A stretch of DNA of 64,000 nucleotides from Chloroflexota bacterium (GTDB lineage Bacteria; Chloroflexota; Dormibacteria; CF-121): the NCBI GenBank assembly GCA_005881175.1, contig VBEN01000025.1, positions 21,548 to 85,547 of the forward strand. Reading direction: 5' to 3'. Made by a program: the position numbers and the translations under genes. This document shows positions 54,556-63,808 of this stretch, piece by piece (the stretch's first letter is position 1; the number at the start of each line of letters is the position of its first letter). The notes beneath the pieces were generated by a model that had not been told where the DNA came from, searched no databases, and was given only the letters and a program-made list of their open reading frames with translations.

Positions 54556-55719
54556 GTGCGCCGGATCCTGGTTGTCGCCACTGGCGGCGCAGGCGGAGAT
54601 CTGCAGCCCTTGATCGCGGCGGCGCTGGCGCTCCGAGAACAGGGGCACGAAACCCCGTTCGCCGGCGACGGCTCCGTGCAGCGGTCGCTACGCGACCTTG
54701 GCGTGACCGTGGAACTGCTGCCGCCCGAACTGGATCTCGGACCTCGGTTGGCAGGCTCAATCCGGGAGGCGATGGCGACAACCAGCGGGGATCTGGCTGC
54801 GGCCGGCCCGATCGTGCAGCAGCGGATGGCGTCGTGGGCGCGCGAGCTGGCAGCGCCGGTCTCCGAGGCCATCACGAGGCTGCGCCCGGACTGCGTCGTC
54901 ACCTCACTTTTTGGCGTCGAGGTGCTTCAGGTCGCGTCACCACCCTGCCCCTGGGCGGTGATCAATAGCACCTTTTACGTCGGTCCGAATCCACCCCGTC
55001 CGATCGAGCAGGACATCGGCCCGCGCGCGATCCCGCTGCTCTCGCGCTACGCGTCGCTGCTGGAATCCGCGAATCTGGTGCTGCACGCCACCGACCAGGT
55101 CTTCGACTTCTCCTTCGACCGGCTCCCGCCACACCATCACTACGTCGGACCGCTTGGCATCTGGGAGCCGCCCGGCGAGCCGCCACCGTATCTCAATGAG
55201 CCGGGGGATCCCTGGGTGCTCGTATCAATCAGCTCTCAGCTCCAGGACGACCTGCCGCTTGCTGAGGCGGCTTTGGCGGCACTGGCCGACCGGCCGGTCC
55301 GCGTGCTGCTCACGGTTGGTCCCGACCACGATCCGAGTGAGGTATCGGAGCGTCCAGGCAATGCCCGCATCGAACGAACGGTTCCGCATTCCGCCGTGCT
55401 CGAGCGGGCCGAGCTGCTGATCAGCCACGCCGGACACGGCTCGGTGATGAAAGCACTGTGGCACGGAAGGCCGATGGTCCTCATCCCGTGGGGGCGCGAT
55501 CAGCCTGGCGTGGCGGCGCGAGCGCAAGCCCTCGGCGTCGCCGATGTCGTCCCCCGAACGGAGGCCACACGTGAGACCCTGGCTGCGGCGGTGGATCGAG
55601 TATCGGTCAACGCAGAGATGCGCAATACGGCGGCGACCCATTCGGCGCGACTACGTGCCACCGACCCGCCCGCGCGCGCTGCGGCAAGGATCGAGTCACT
55701 CCCGAAATCGCAGGGCTAG
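54556..55719 (+). CDS. GT1-family glycosyltransferase (UDP-glycosyltransferase/MGT-like)
   Basis: 'RILVVATGGAGGDLQPLIAAALALREQGHE' and the donor-binding 'LISHAGHGSVMKALWHGRPMVLIPWGRDQPGVAARAQALG'. Confidence 0.8.
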   Translation: MRRILVVATGGAGGDLQPLIAAALALREQGHETPFAGDGSVQRSLRDLGVTVELLPPELDLGPRLAGSIREAMATTSGDLAAAGPIVQQRMASWARELAAPVSEAITRLRPDCVVTSLFGVEVLQVASPPCPWAVINSTFYVGPNPPRPIEQDIGPRAIPLLSRYASLLESANLVLHATDQVFDFSFDRLPPHHHYVGPLGIWEPPGEPPPYLNEPGDPWVLVSISSQLQDDLPLAEAALAALADRPVRVLLTVGPDHDPSEVSERPGNARIERTVPHSAVLERAELLISHAGHGSVMKALWHGRPMVLIPWGRDQPGVAARAQALGVADVVPRTEATRETLAAAVDRVSVNAEMRNTAATHSARLRATDPPARAAARIESLPKSQG

Positions 55720-55739
55720 CGACAGAAACCTTTAGGTCG

Positions 55740-56324
55740 ATGACGCGTTCTGGAAGCATGGCGAGAACCAGCGCCTGGTGCTCGCGTCATGGCTGGCTGG
55801 TTGGTCTGGTCTGGGGACTCGCCGAATCGACGGTTTTCTTCATCGTCCCTGACGTCGGCGTCGCCTTCATCGCCGCCATGTCGCCACGAGATTGGTGGAA
55901 GGCGGCCGTTGCGTCGATCGTTGGGACGCTGATAGGCGCCGTCATCCTGTTGCTGGCTATTCAACTGTGGCTCGGCCCATATGCGAACCACTTGCTGCTG
56001 TGGGTCCCAGGTATCCATCCAGCGAGCCTGGCGCTGGCCAGCACCCGCGTCTCGGACCACGGTGCTGGGGCGCTGCTCGTTGCCGCCTTCCAGGGCATTC
56101 CCTATAAGGTGTACGCGACCGAATTGACTCTCGCTGGCGTTAGCGTGCCCGTCATCCTCCTCTGGACGATTCCCTCCCGGGCGCTTCGCCTCCTACCGAT
56201 TGCCGCCGCCGCCGGCGTCGGCGGCCGGATTTTGCAAGGCTCCCTCAGGCGTCACTTCCGGCTCTGGGTCGGAGCGTACGTGCTCTTCTGGGGCGGCTTT
56301 TACGCCTGGTACTGGACCCGATGA
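55740..56324 (+). CDS. YqaA/DedA-like (VTT-domain) membrane protein
   Basis: 'GLAESTVFFIVPDVGVAFIAA...W.KAAVASIVGTLIGAVI' resembles the YqaA/DedA core. Its stop overlaps the next start (ATGA). Confidence 0.6.
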   Translation: MTRSGSMARTSAWCSRHGWLVGLVWGLAESTVFFIVPDVGVAFIAAMSPRDWWKAAVASIVGTLIGAVILLLAIQLWLGPYANHLLLWVPGIHPASLALASTRVSDHGAGALLVAAFQGIPYKVYATELTLAGVSVPVILLWTIPSRALRLLPIAAAAGVGGRILQGSLRRHFRLWVGAYVLFWGGFYAWYWTR

Positions 56325-56892
56325 CCGGACGCCGTCCGCTGCGGACTCGCGGCCGCGCTTGGGCGAAGGCGCTCGCCAGTTGGCTCTCGGCGCGTGCCGT
56401 CGAGCCAAACTCGATATCCGTCTTTAGCCTGGTCCCTGCCGCCAGCGCCGGCGCATGCTTTCTGCTCCTCCCGCATGCCACCCGCGGCATCCAGATCCTT
56501 CTCCTGCTGCTCGCGGCTGGCCTCATTCGCCCGACCGCTTTGCCGACGTCTTGATCCTCGCATCGGCTGGCTACGCGCTCTCCTGGCTGGGCACGCTCGG
56601 CATCACGTTCGGGTGGCTCGTCGCGGTGCTTGCTGTGCTCAGCGCCTACGTGCGCGTGTTCGGCGGCTCGCTCGGGTTCCAACAGAGCTTCACTGGTCCG
56701 ATGGCGAAACAGCACCGGATGGCCATCCTCACGCTCGCGTGCCTCGCCTCCATTCTCGAAGTCATCGCCGCCGGTTATCACGGGGGCATCCTGAGCCTCG
56801 GCCTCCTCATCATCGGCCTCGGCACTGTCCTCACCATCATCCGACGCCTGGATCGAATCGCACGCCTGTTGCAGGAGCGGGGGGCCAAATGA
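56321..56892 (+). pseudogene. CDP-alcohol phosphatidyltransferase family gene, frameshifted with loss of the D-G-x2-A-R part of the catalytic motif
   Basis: Frame A (56321-56554) gives '...ILLLLLAAGLI' and then a stop. Another frame continues 'PDRFADVLILASAGYAL...GPMAKQHRMAILTLA...' to 56892. The roughly 27 residues normally between them ('..LR..CN.LDG..A....G...') are absent in all frames. Confidence 0.65.
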
Positions 56893-57512
56893 TCGCCTCC
56901 ATCCTCGCCGCTGCGGCCCAGGTGATAGCCGGCAGCACGGTTCGATGGCTCGGCTGCGCACCAACAGCAGGACAGCGGGTCTACATCGCCAACCACAGCA
57001 GCCACTTCGACTTCATCGTGCTCTGGTCCTACCTTCCCCCGCCACTACGCCGGCTCACCCGGCCGGTCGCGGCGCGCGATTACTGGGAGCGCGACGCGGT
57101 ACGCCGATACCTCGCGACCAGAGTTTTTAACGCCCTCCTGATCGACCGAGTCGCCACTCCCGGCACGGCCGCCGCTGGGCTCGGCCGGCAAGCCGTCGAC
57201 CAGATGGTCCAGTCGCTCGACAACCGCCACTCGCTCATTCTTTTCCCTGAGGGCACCCGTGGGGCCGGCGAAGACCTCGCTCCATTTCGCAGCGGTCTCT
57301 ATCACCTCTGCCGCACCCGGCCGGAGATCGAGGTCATCCCGGTCTACCTCGAGAACCTCAACCGCATCCTCCCAAAGGGACACCTCCTTCCGGTGCCGAT
57401 GCTGAGCCGGATCACGTTCGGCGCGCCGCTGCATCTGCAGCCCGCCGAAGAAAAGGATGCCTTCCTCGAGCGCGCCCGTCAGGCGGTCCGGGCCCTGAAG
57501 GAAGCCGCATGA
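56889..57512 (+). CDS. Lysophospholipid (1-acyl-sn-glycerol-3-phosphate) acyltransferase family protein
   Basis: ATG 56889 overlaps the preceding TGA. 'NHSSHFD' (HX4D) and 'FPEGTRG' motifs. Confidence 0.85.
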   Translation: MIASILAAAAQVIAGSTVRWLGCAPTAGQRVYIANHSSHFDFIVLWSYLPPPLRRLTRPVAARDYWERDAVRRYLATRVFNALLIDRVATPGTAAAGLGRQAVDQMVQSLDNRHSLILFPEGTRGAGEDLAPFRSGLYHLCRTRPEIEVIPVYLENLNRILPKGHLLPVPMLSRITFGAPLHLQPAEEKDAFLERARQAVRALKEAA

Positions 57513-58459
57513 ACCTGCTTCATGACCTCGCGCTCCAGCGCCTGTTTGGCGGCCTGATCGCCTTGCTGGTCGTCGCCACCGTGGTCGGCCGGCTGATCGA
57601 GCGGCGAACCCGCGACGAGTCGGCAATGGCGACTGTCCAGAACCTGAACGCCCGGATCAACGCCTGGTGGGTGATGTCCGTCGTCTTCGCCCTCGCCGTC
57701 GTGGTCGGTCCAATTGGCTCGGTCGTCCTTTTTGCGCTGCTCTCGTTCCTCGCACTGCGGGAGTTCATCACGCTTGTGCCGACCCGGCCCAGTGATCATG
57801 GGGCGCTGCTCTGGAGCTTCTTCCTGATCACGCCGCTCCAGTACCTCCTGGTTGCCGTGCATTGGTACGGGCTCTTCACCATCCTGATCCCCGTCTACGT
57901 GTTCCTGTTCCTGGCACTCCGGATCGCGATCTCCGGCGATACAACCCATTTCCTGGAGCGCGTCTCGGCCATCCAGTGGGCGCTCATGATCTGCGTGTAC
58001 AGTCTGAGCTACGCGCCGGCGTTGCTCGGTCTCAGCATCCGCGGTCACGGTACGCCCGGCCCGACACTCCTTCTGTTTCTGGTCATCGTCGTGCAGGGGA
58101 GCGACGTCCTCCAGTACATCTTTGGCAAGCTATTCGGTCGCCGGAAGATCGCCCCGCTTGTCAGTCCGAGCAAGACCGTTGAAGGATTCCTTGGTGGTAT
58201 TGCCGCCGCTACCGTCCTCGGCGCCCTGATCTGGTGGGCCACGCCGTTTACCTTCTGGCAGGCGGGCCTCCAGGCGCTCGTTGTGGCCTTGACTGGCTTT
58301 GGAGGCGGACTCGTGATGTCAGCGGTGAAGCGCGATCGCGGTGTAAAGGACTTCGGAACCATCATCGCCGGACACGGCGGAATTCTCGACCGGGTGGACT
58401 CCCTCACCTTCGCCGCCCCCATCTTCTTCCACATCACCCGCTTCTTTTTCGGCGGCTGA
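57509..58459 (+). CDS. cdsA: Phosphatidate cytidylyltransferase
   Basis: 'SPSKTVEGFLGG' and 'SAVKRDRGVKDFGTIIAGHGGILDRVDS' signature. ATGA overlap with the acyltransferase gene. Confidence 0.9.
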   Translation: MNLLHDLALQRLFGGLIALLVVATVVGRLIERRTRDESAMATVQNLNARINAWWVMSVVFALAVVVGPIGSVVLFALLSFLALREFITLVPTRPSDHGALLWSFFLITPLQYLLVAVHWYGLFTILIPVYVFLFLALRIAISGDTTHFLERVSAIQWALMICVYSLSYAPALLGLSIRGHGTPGPTLLLFLVIVVQGSDVLQYIFGKLFGRRKIAPLVSPSKTVEGFLGGIAAATVLGALIWWATPFTFWQAGLQALVVALTGFGGGLVMSAVKRDRGVKDFGTIIAGHGGILDRVDSLTFAAPIFFHITRFFFGG

Positions 58460-58550
58460 ATGTAGACCGTTACCTTTGCTTGTCGATGTTGTCGAGAAAC
58501 TTCGAGGGAGCCAATAGCGTCCTCCGATGCTGATATCAAGCGGGCGGCCC

Positions 58551-59183
58551 TCACCTGGCCCAGAGCACGGCGCGGGTTAGCCCGGCGTCGCCATTGACGA
58601 TCCGCAACGGTAGCGCTGCCATCTGCCAGCGGCCGGACCGGACCTTGAAAAGGTCGAGACCCTCGAGGATCGGGATGCCCGCGCCCAGCAGCCGCTTGTG
58701 TGTCGGCGCCCCGCGGATTCCGTACCCCTCGATCGATAGATAGTCGATCCCCACCAGATCGATGCCGCGCTCAACGATCCAATCGGCGCCATCCGGCGCC
58801 AAGTAGACGAAGTCCGTGCGGAAGGCCCGCGCCGGATGCCACCAGCGCGAGTTGCTGGTGCGCAAGAGGACCCGCCGGCTGCCAGCCGGGATGCGCGCCT
58901 TTCTTAGGTCGTCGGCCGTGATGCCGTCCTTCACCCGGCGAAGGTCGGCGACCCACGCCGGCCCGATGAAGCGATCGAGCGCTAACCGGTCAGCGCCCGC
59001 GCCACCCCGGATGAAGTGGCTGGGGGCATCGACGTGCGTCCCGGTGTGCGACCCAAGGCAGAGCTCGCTCAGGTTGACGCCGTCCTTGCTGAGCGTCATG
59101 GCCGGCCGGATGCGGACCGGCGGGTTGCCCCGATAGACCGTCATCGCGTCGCGGATCGGGACGGTGACGTCGACGACGGTCAT
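58551..59183 (-). CDS. Cyclase-family protein (arylformamidase/kynurenine formamidase-like)
   Basis: ATG 59183 overlaps the upstream TGA. 'GSHTGTHVDAPSHF' metal-binding motif. Confidence 0.85.
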   Translation of the reverse strand: MTVVDVTVPIRDAMTVYRGNPPVRIRPAMTLSKDGVNLSELCLGSHTGTHVDAPSHFIRGGAGADRLALDRFIGPAWVADLRRVKDGITADDLRKARIPAGSRRVLLRTSNSRWWHPARAFRTDFVYLAPDGADWIVERGIDLVGIDYLSIEGYGIRGAPTHKRLLGAGIPILEGLDLFKVRSGRWQMAALPLRIVNGDAGLTRAVLWAR

Positions 59184-61198
59184 ATCCGGGCGAGCGCGTG
59201 ACGCAGGATTTCCGCCACGCTCCAGGCCTGCGCGATACACCCCACCGGGCGGTAGGGCGGCTCCGGCTCGAAGATCTCGCTGATGCTGCCGAGTCCAGCC
59301 TCGCCCAGGTGGGCCCGGAATGGTTCGAGCAACCGGCCAACCATCTCGCGATCGCCATAGATGCGGAGGTGGGCATCGAGGTACGGTCCGACGAGCCACG
59401 GCCAGACCAATCCCTGGTGATAAGCGGCGTCGCGGGTGCGCTGGCCGCCACGGTAGGCCGGCTGATAGCGCTCGTCATCGGGGCTCAGGGTGCGAAGCCC
59501 GTATGGGGTCAGGAGCCTGGCGCTGACGGTGTCGAGGGCCGAGCGCGCCTGATCCCCGTCGATGAGCGGGTATGCCAGCGATAGGGCGATCAGCTGGTTT
59601 GGCCGGAGAGTCGGGTCATCCCCCGCTGGTCCGTCCACGACGTCGTAGCAGTAGCCGCCCGGGGCGTACCAGAACCGCAGCCGCGCCGACTCGCGCGCCT
59701 GCGTCGCCATCCGCGAGAAATGCTGGCCTGATCGCGTCGCCCGCTCAGACCAGTCGGCGATCAGCCGCAGCGCGTTGTACCAGAGCGCGTTGATCTCGAT
59801 CGGTTTGCCGCGCCGCGGGGTGACCACCCAGTCCTGGACTCGGGCATCCATCCACGTCAGCGCGTAACCCTCCTCGCCGCCCGCCAGCAATCCATCGTCG
59901 GGATCCATCCGGATGTTGTGCCGTGTTCCGCGGACGTGCCAGTCGATGACCCCCTGCAGCGCGTCGAGCCGGTCGGCCACGAATCGCCAATCACCGCTTA
60001 CCTGAAGGTAGGTCGAGAGCGCCTGAAACATCCAGAGCGTCGCGTCCATGGTGTCGTACTCGGGTGGCTGCCCGCTGTCGGGAAAGCGGTTGGGAATCAG
60101 GCCCTGGTCAAGGTATCGGATGCTGGTGTCGAGCACCGCGCGAGCCTCCCACAGCATCCCCGGTCTCATGGCCAGCCCGGGCAGACTGATCATGGTGTCG
60201 CGCCCCCAGTCGGTGAACCAGTGATAGCCGGCGATCACCGTGCGCTGCGGACTTCGGGGTGACGCAGTCGGCGTCCGGCGCGCCACCCGAAATTGCTCAG
60301 CCGCCAGGGCCAGCTGACACGCGAGTGGGTTGTCCGTCGCGGGATCCTCCGACAGCGACTGCCTTTCGACGGCTGCCTGGAACGAGGCGGCCGCCTCCCA
60401 GCCGGGCGGAGCCGGTTCGGTGCCAGTCACGACGCTGACCTGGGCGTCCTGACTCAGCGGAACCTCGACCACGCCGGGCGTGAACAGGTCCTCCTCGTCG
60501 TCGAGTCCCCGCTCCTGCTCCGCGCGGTGAAGAACGCGCCAGTACCAATCGGGATGGCTGCGGATAACCGGCAGGGGACGGACCTCGAGATAGCTACGCA
60601 CCCCCTCGGCATCGATGATCCATCCGTCGCTGGTCTCGGCCATGTCGAACCCGCCCTGACCGTGCCGCTGCTGGTGATAGTCGCGATGGGCGAAGAGTGG
60701 CCGCAGCTGCAACGTGGTGGAGGCGCCGGCGACCAGCCGGTAACTGATCACGGAGCGGTTGGCCTCGTGTTCCATCCAGATGCGCTTCTCGATGGTGCGA
60801 CCCTCGACCGTCCAGCGGAACACCGGCAGCATGCCGTCCAGCTCGACAGCATCCAGATGCGCGAAGCCTTCGGGATAGACGGTTCCGTCCCAGTACTCTT
60901 GAGCCGCCAGCGACCCGGGCTCATTCGACGTCAGCAGCCATTCCTCCAGGGCCGCGAGCAGGACCATCCGCTGCACCGGCGGGTTCATCGAGGCGACCAG
61001 CAACCCGTGATAGCGCCGGGTGTTAACGCCGGCCACGGTTCCGGATGCGTAGCCGCCCAGCCCGTTGGTCACCAGCCATTCGCGGCTCAGCGCGCTCTCC
61101 AGATTGCGACAGGTTTCAGGACCGAGACGCAACCCCACGATCGTGTTACCCGGCCGCGATGGTGAGAAGGGTCTTGATGTCTTGCGGCCGGCGATCAA
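59180..61198 (-). CDS. Glycogen debranching enzyme (amylo-alpha-1,6-glucosidase, GDE_C family)
   Basis: 'NGLGGYASGTVAGVNTRRYHGLL' and 'GYHWFTDWGRDTMISLPGL'. ATG 61198 overlaps the upstream gene by 53 nt, and GTG 61138 is an alternative start. Confidence 0.85.
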   Translation of the reverse strand: MIAGRKTSRPFSPSRPGNTIVGLRLGPETCRNLESALSREWLVTNGLGGYASGTVAGVNTRRYHGLLVASMNPPVQRMVLLAALEEWLLTSNEPGSLAAQEYWDGTVYPEGFAHLDAVELDGMLPVFRWTVEGRTIEKRIWMEHEANRSVISYRLVAGASTTLQLRPLFAHRDYHQQRHGQGGFDMAETSDGWIIDAEGVRSYLEVRPLPVIRSHPDWYWRVLHRAEQERGLDDEEDLFTPGVVEVPLSQDAQVSVVTGTEPAPPGWEAAASFQAAVERQSLSEDPATDNPLACQLALAAEQFRVARRTPTASPRSPQRTVIAGYHWFTDWGRDTMISLPGLAMRPGMLWEARAVLDTSIRYLDQGLIPNRFPDSGQPPEYDTMDATLWMFQALSTYLQVSGDWRFVADRLDALQGVIDWHVRGTRHNIRMDPDDGLLAGGEEGYALTWMDARVQDWVVTPRRGKPIEINALWYNALRLIADWSERATRSGQHFSRMATQARESARLRFWYAPGGYCYDVVDGPAGDDPTLRPNQLIALSLAYPLIDGDQARSALDTVSARLLTPYGLRTLSPDDERYQPAYRGGQRTRDAAYHQGLVWPWLVGPYLDAHLRIYGDREMVGRLLEPFRAHLGEAGLGSISEIFEPEPPYRPVGCIAQAWSVAEILRHALARI

Positions 61199-62246
61199 GC
61201 GCCGACTTGAAATCGGCGAACGGCACCCGCCTTGTGATCAGCCGGTCAAAGATGCCCGGCCAACGCTGCTCCGCCTGCTGAAAGTGCTGGACACCCGCCT
61301 CGAAGTACCGGCGGTTGGCATTGACCGACCCAAAGGCTACCCGGTTACCAAGGACCATCTGCAAATTGATGACGTCGGCAGGGATCTCGACATTGCGATT
61401 GCCGGCCGACACGCCGGTCAGGCAGATGACGCCGTTGGTTCCGACCTGGGCCATCGCCTGAAAGGCGACGGTGCTGTTGCCCGTCGCTTCAAGAATGAAA
61501 TCAACCTGACCAAGCTCGTCCTTGATTCTCATCACCGGGTGGTCATCGACGCTCTCGTAGACCGCGTCCAGGTCGGCGAGAATACGGCCCTGCTGGCTGT
61601 CGGGGGCGGACTTGGCGTAGACATGGACCTCGAGGCCGCGCAGTCGCAGCAGAATGGTGCACAGAATGCCGATCGGTCCCGCGCCCAGCACGACGGCTCG
61701 CTTCGGCTGCCACAGCATCCGCTCCTGCATTTTCCAGGCTTGAAAAGTGGCCTTCTCGACGATGCTGAGCGGCTCGAGGAGCACGGCGAACCGCCTCAGC
61801 GCCGCTGGGATCTTGACCATGAACTCGGGCTTTTCGCTGTAGTACTCACCCATGTAGCCGTGCGCGCCCTTGATGCCTCGCTCGGTGTAGTTGCCAAACA
61901 GGCACATGTCGCTCTCGCCCGCCCGGCAGTTCGGACAGTCGTCCGGACGTCGCACCGTCGACACGACGAGGTCGCCGGGCGCAAAACCCTGCACTCCCTC
62001 CCCTACCGTCTCGACCACGCTCAGCGCTTCGTGGCCGATCACGAGGACATACGAACCGGGCGGCGCTTCACCGTACTCGCCGTTGTTGATCTCGGTATCC
62101 GTTCCATCGATGCCAACTTCCAGGACTCGCATCAGCGCCAGGCCGCGCGCCGCCTCCGGTTTGGGCAGCTCGACCTGTTGCGCGCTACCCGCTTTTTTCG
62201 GCGTGACGGCGATCGCACGCATGGTCTCAGTCAATGTTCGGGCCAC
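61146..62246 (-). CDS. Zinc-dependent MDR dehydrogenase, glucose 1-dehydrogenase-like
   Basis: 'GHEALSVV', structural-Zn 'DDCPNCRAGESDMC' and NAD(P) 'VLGAGPIG'. ATG 62222 ('MRAIAV') is a likely alternative start. Confidence 0.8.
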   Translation of the reverse strand: MARTLTETMRAIAVTPKKAGSAQQVELPKPEAARGLALMRVLEVGIDGTDTEINNGEYGEAPPGSYVLVIGHEALSVVETVGEGVQGFAPGDLVVSTVRRPDDCPNCRAGESDMCLFGNYTERGIKGAHGYMGEYYSEKPEFMVKIPAALRRFAVLLEPLSIVEKATFQAWKMQERMLWQPKRAVVLGAGPIGILCTILLRLRGLEVHVYAKSAPDSQQGRILADLDAVYESVDDHPVMRIKDELGQVDFILEATGNSTVAFQAMAQVGTNGVICLTGVSAGNRNVEIPADVINLQMVLGNRVAFGSVNANRRYFEAGVQHFQQAEQRWPGIFDRLITRRVPFADFKSALDRRPQDIKTLLTIAAG

Positions 62247-62266
62247 GCTCTAATACTAGGTGCCGA

Positions 62267-63007
62267 TCAGCGGGTTGCCAGGAGCGCGAGGCGCGGAACC
62301 GGCGGCACGATGAAGAATCCCGTGCTTACGCGATGCACTCGCTGAAAGCCCGCCTGGGTGAGCGCCGACCGCAGCGTCGACTCGCTGCGCAACCTGAAGG
62401 GCGGCGGAAGGCCGGTCGCCCTGGCGCTGATGAAGATCGGCGCGGACAGCGGGCTCTTCTTGAACTCCCACATCAAGAATCGCCCGCCAGGGCCCAGGAG
62501 CCGCGCGACTTCGCGGAAGCAAGCCGCGAGCGCCTCGTCGTCCAGGTGCTTGATGACGTGTGAGGTCAGCACGAGGTCGAAGCTCGCGTCAGCAAACGGC
62601 AGGCGGCTGGCTGGCGCAACCCGTAGCTCGATCTTTTGATCAAGCCCGGCCTTGCGAATTTCACCTCGGCCAAGGTCGATCAAGGCCGGTGACACATCGA
62701 CGCCAATGGGGGGTCGAGTAAACGCGATTCGCTCCGCGAGCGCGATCAGGATGTTGCCGATCCCGCATCCGAGGTCGAGGACGCGGTCCTGCGGGCCGAT
62801 GTTCGCTGTCGCGAGAATGCGTCGAAACGGCGTGTTGATGACCCATAACCCACGCCTGGAAAACACATAGCGCATCCCGATCCCGCGCAGCCCGCGGCCA
62901 AACCAGGCGGCGTAGCGCTCGCCCACGGCCGTTTCGTCGATGGGCGGTCCGTTACCGGCCACTTGCTGAAGCCACCAGCGGGAGTGCGGCGAGGAGGGCG
63001 ATGCCAA
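62267..63007 (-). CDS. Class I SAM-dependent methyltransferase
   Basis: 'RVLDLGCGIGNILIALAE' (motif I) and 'FDLVLTSHVIKHL'. Confidence 0.85.
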   Translation of the reverse strand: MASPSSPHSRWWLQQVAGNGPPIDETAVGERYAAWFGRGLRGIGMRYVFSRRGLWVINTPFRRILATANIGPQDRVLDLGCGIGNILIALAERIAFTRPPIGVDVSPALIDLGRGEIRKAGLDQKIELRVAPASRLPFADASFDLVLTSHVIKHLDDEALAACFREVARLLGPGGRFLMWEFKKSPLSAPIFISARATGLPPPFRLRSESTLRSALTQAGFQRVHRVSTGFFIVPPVPRLALLATR

Positions 63008-63779
63008 TCAGTACCCACCTGGCGAGTAGGGACGCCAGCTGTGACGGTGCCGTCCGTGAGCCAAGCGTAAGCACCAGGTAGCCGACGGCTACCGCGACGA
63101 TCGACAGGCCGAAGCTGAGACGGCTCACCTGGCGATCGAACACGGCGATCGATACCAGCATGCCGGCAAGGAGAAGACCCACGGCCGCGATCTCGGCCCC
63201 TGGGCGACCAAGGGCAACCGCAAGCGTGTTCACGCCGGCTGCGCGATCAAGAGCGCGATCTGGGATGGCATCGGCAAGGTGGATCGACACCGACAGCGGA
63301 ATGCCGCCCAGCAAAACGGCGCCGAGGGCGTCCATTGGGCGCCCCGCGATCATGGCCACCCACAGCGGCAGCAAGGGGAACGCGATGGCGAATGGGAGAA
63401 AGCTGAGAGGCGTTCGTTTGAGCTTCAGGTCGTAGCCCCATCCGCAGGCGATGCCGAGCAGGACCATGCAAAACGCCAGGAGCCCGAAGCCGGACAACAC
63501 GCTGAGGACGAGCGCGGCGACGGCCCCCACCACGGCGATGACGACCGCGGTCCGCGGCGACAGGAGCCCGAGAGGAATGGGCCGCCGGCGGTCACTTCGA
63601 GCATCGAGGTCCTGATCGGCCCACTCGTTGAGTGCGCTGATGGAGAACTGGACGAGCAGCATGATGGCCGCGATCCACGACATCCGCCAATCATCGATCC
63701 GCAGGCCGAAAACGAGAGCAAACCCAATGGCCGTCACGGTGGTGACGACCGAGGGGATTGGATGGAGCAGCTCGATCAG
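62952..63779 (-). CDS. UbiA-family prenyltransferase (start codon unresolved)
   Basis: 'NEWADQDLDARSDRRRPIP' (N-x3-D-x3-D) and about 8 TM segments. The ORF's first 60 codons overlap the Hsp20 gene in another frame. The first TM 'LIELLHPIPSVVTTV' precedes the first canonical start (GTG 63737). A CTG lies at 63779. Confidence 0.7.
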   Translation of the reverse strand: MIELLHPIPSVVTTVTAIGFALVFGLRIDDWRMSWIAAIMLLVQFSISALNEWADQDLDARSDRRRPIPLGLLSPRTAVVIAVVGAVAALVLSVLSGFGLLAFCMVLLGIACGWGYDLKLKRTPLSFLPFAIAFPLLPLWVAMIAGRPMDALGAVLLGGIPLSVSIHLADAIPDRALDRAAGVNTLAVALGRPGAEIAAVGLLLAGMLVSIAVFDRQVSRLSFGLSIVAVAVGYLVLTLGSRTAPSQLASLLARWVLIGIALLAALPLVASASGR

Positions 63780-63808
63780 CCTCCACCGCGCCCACCCGGC
63801 GCGCCTCG

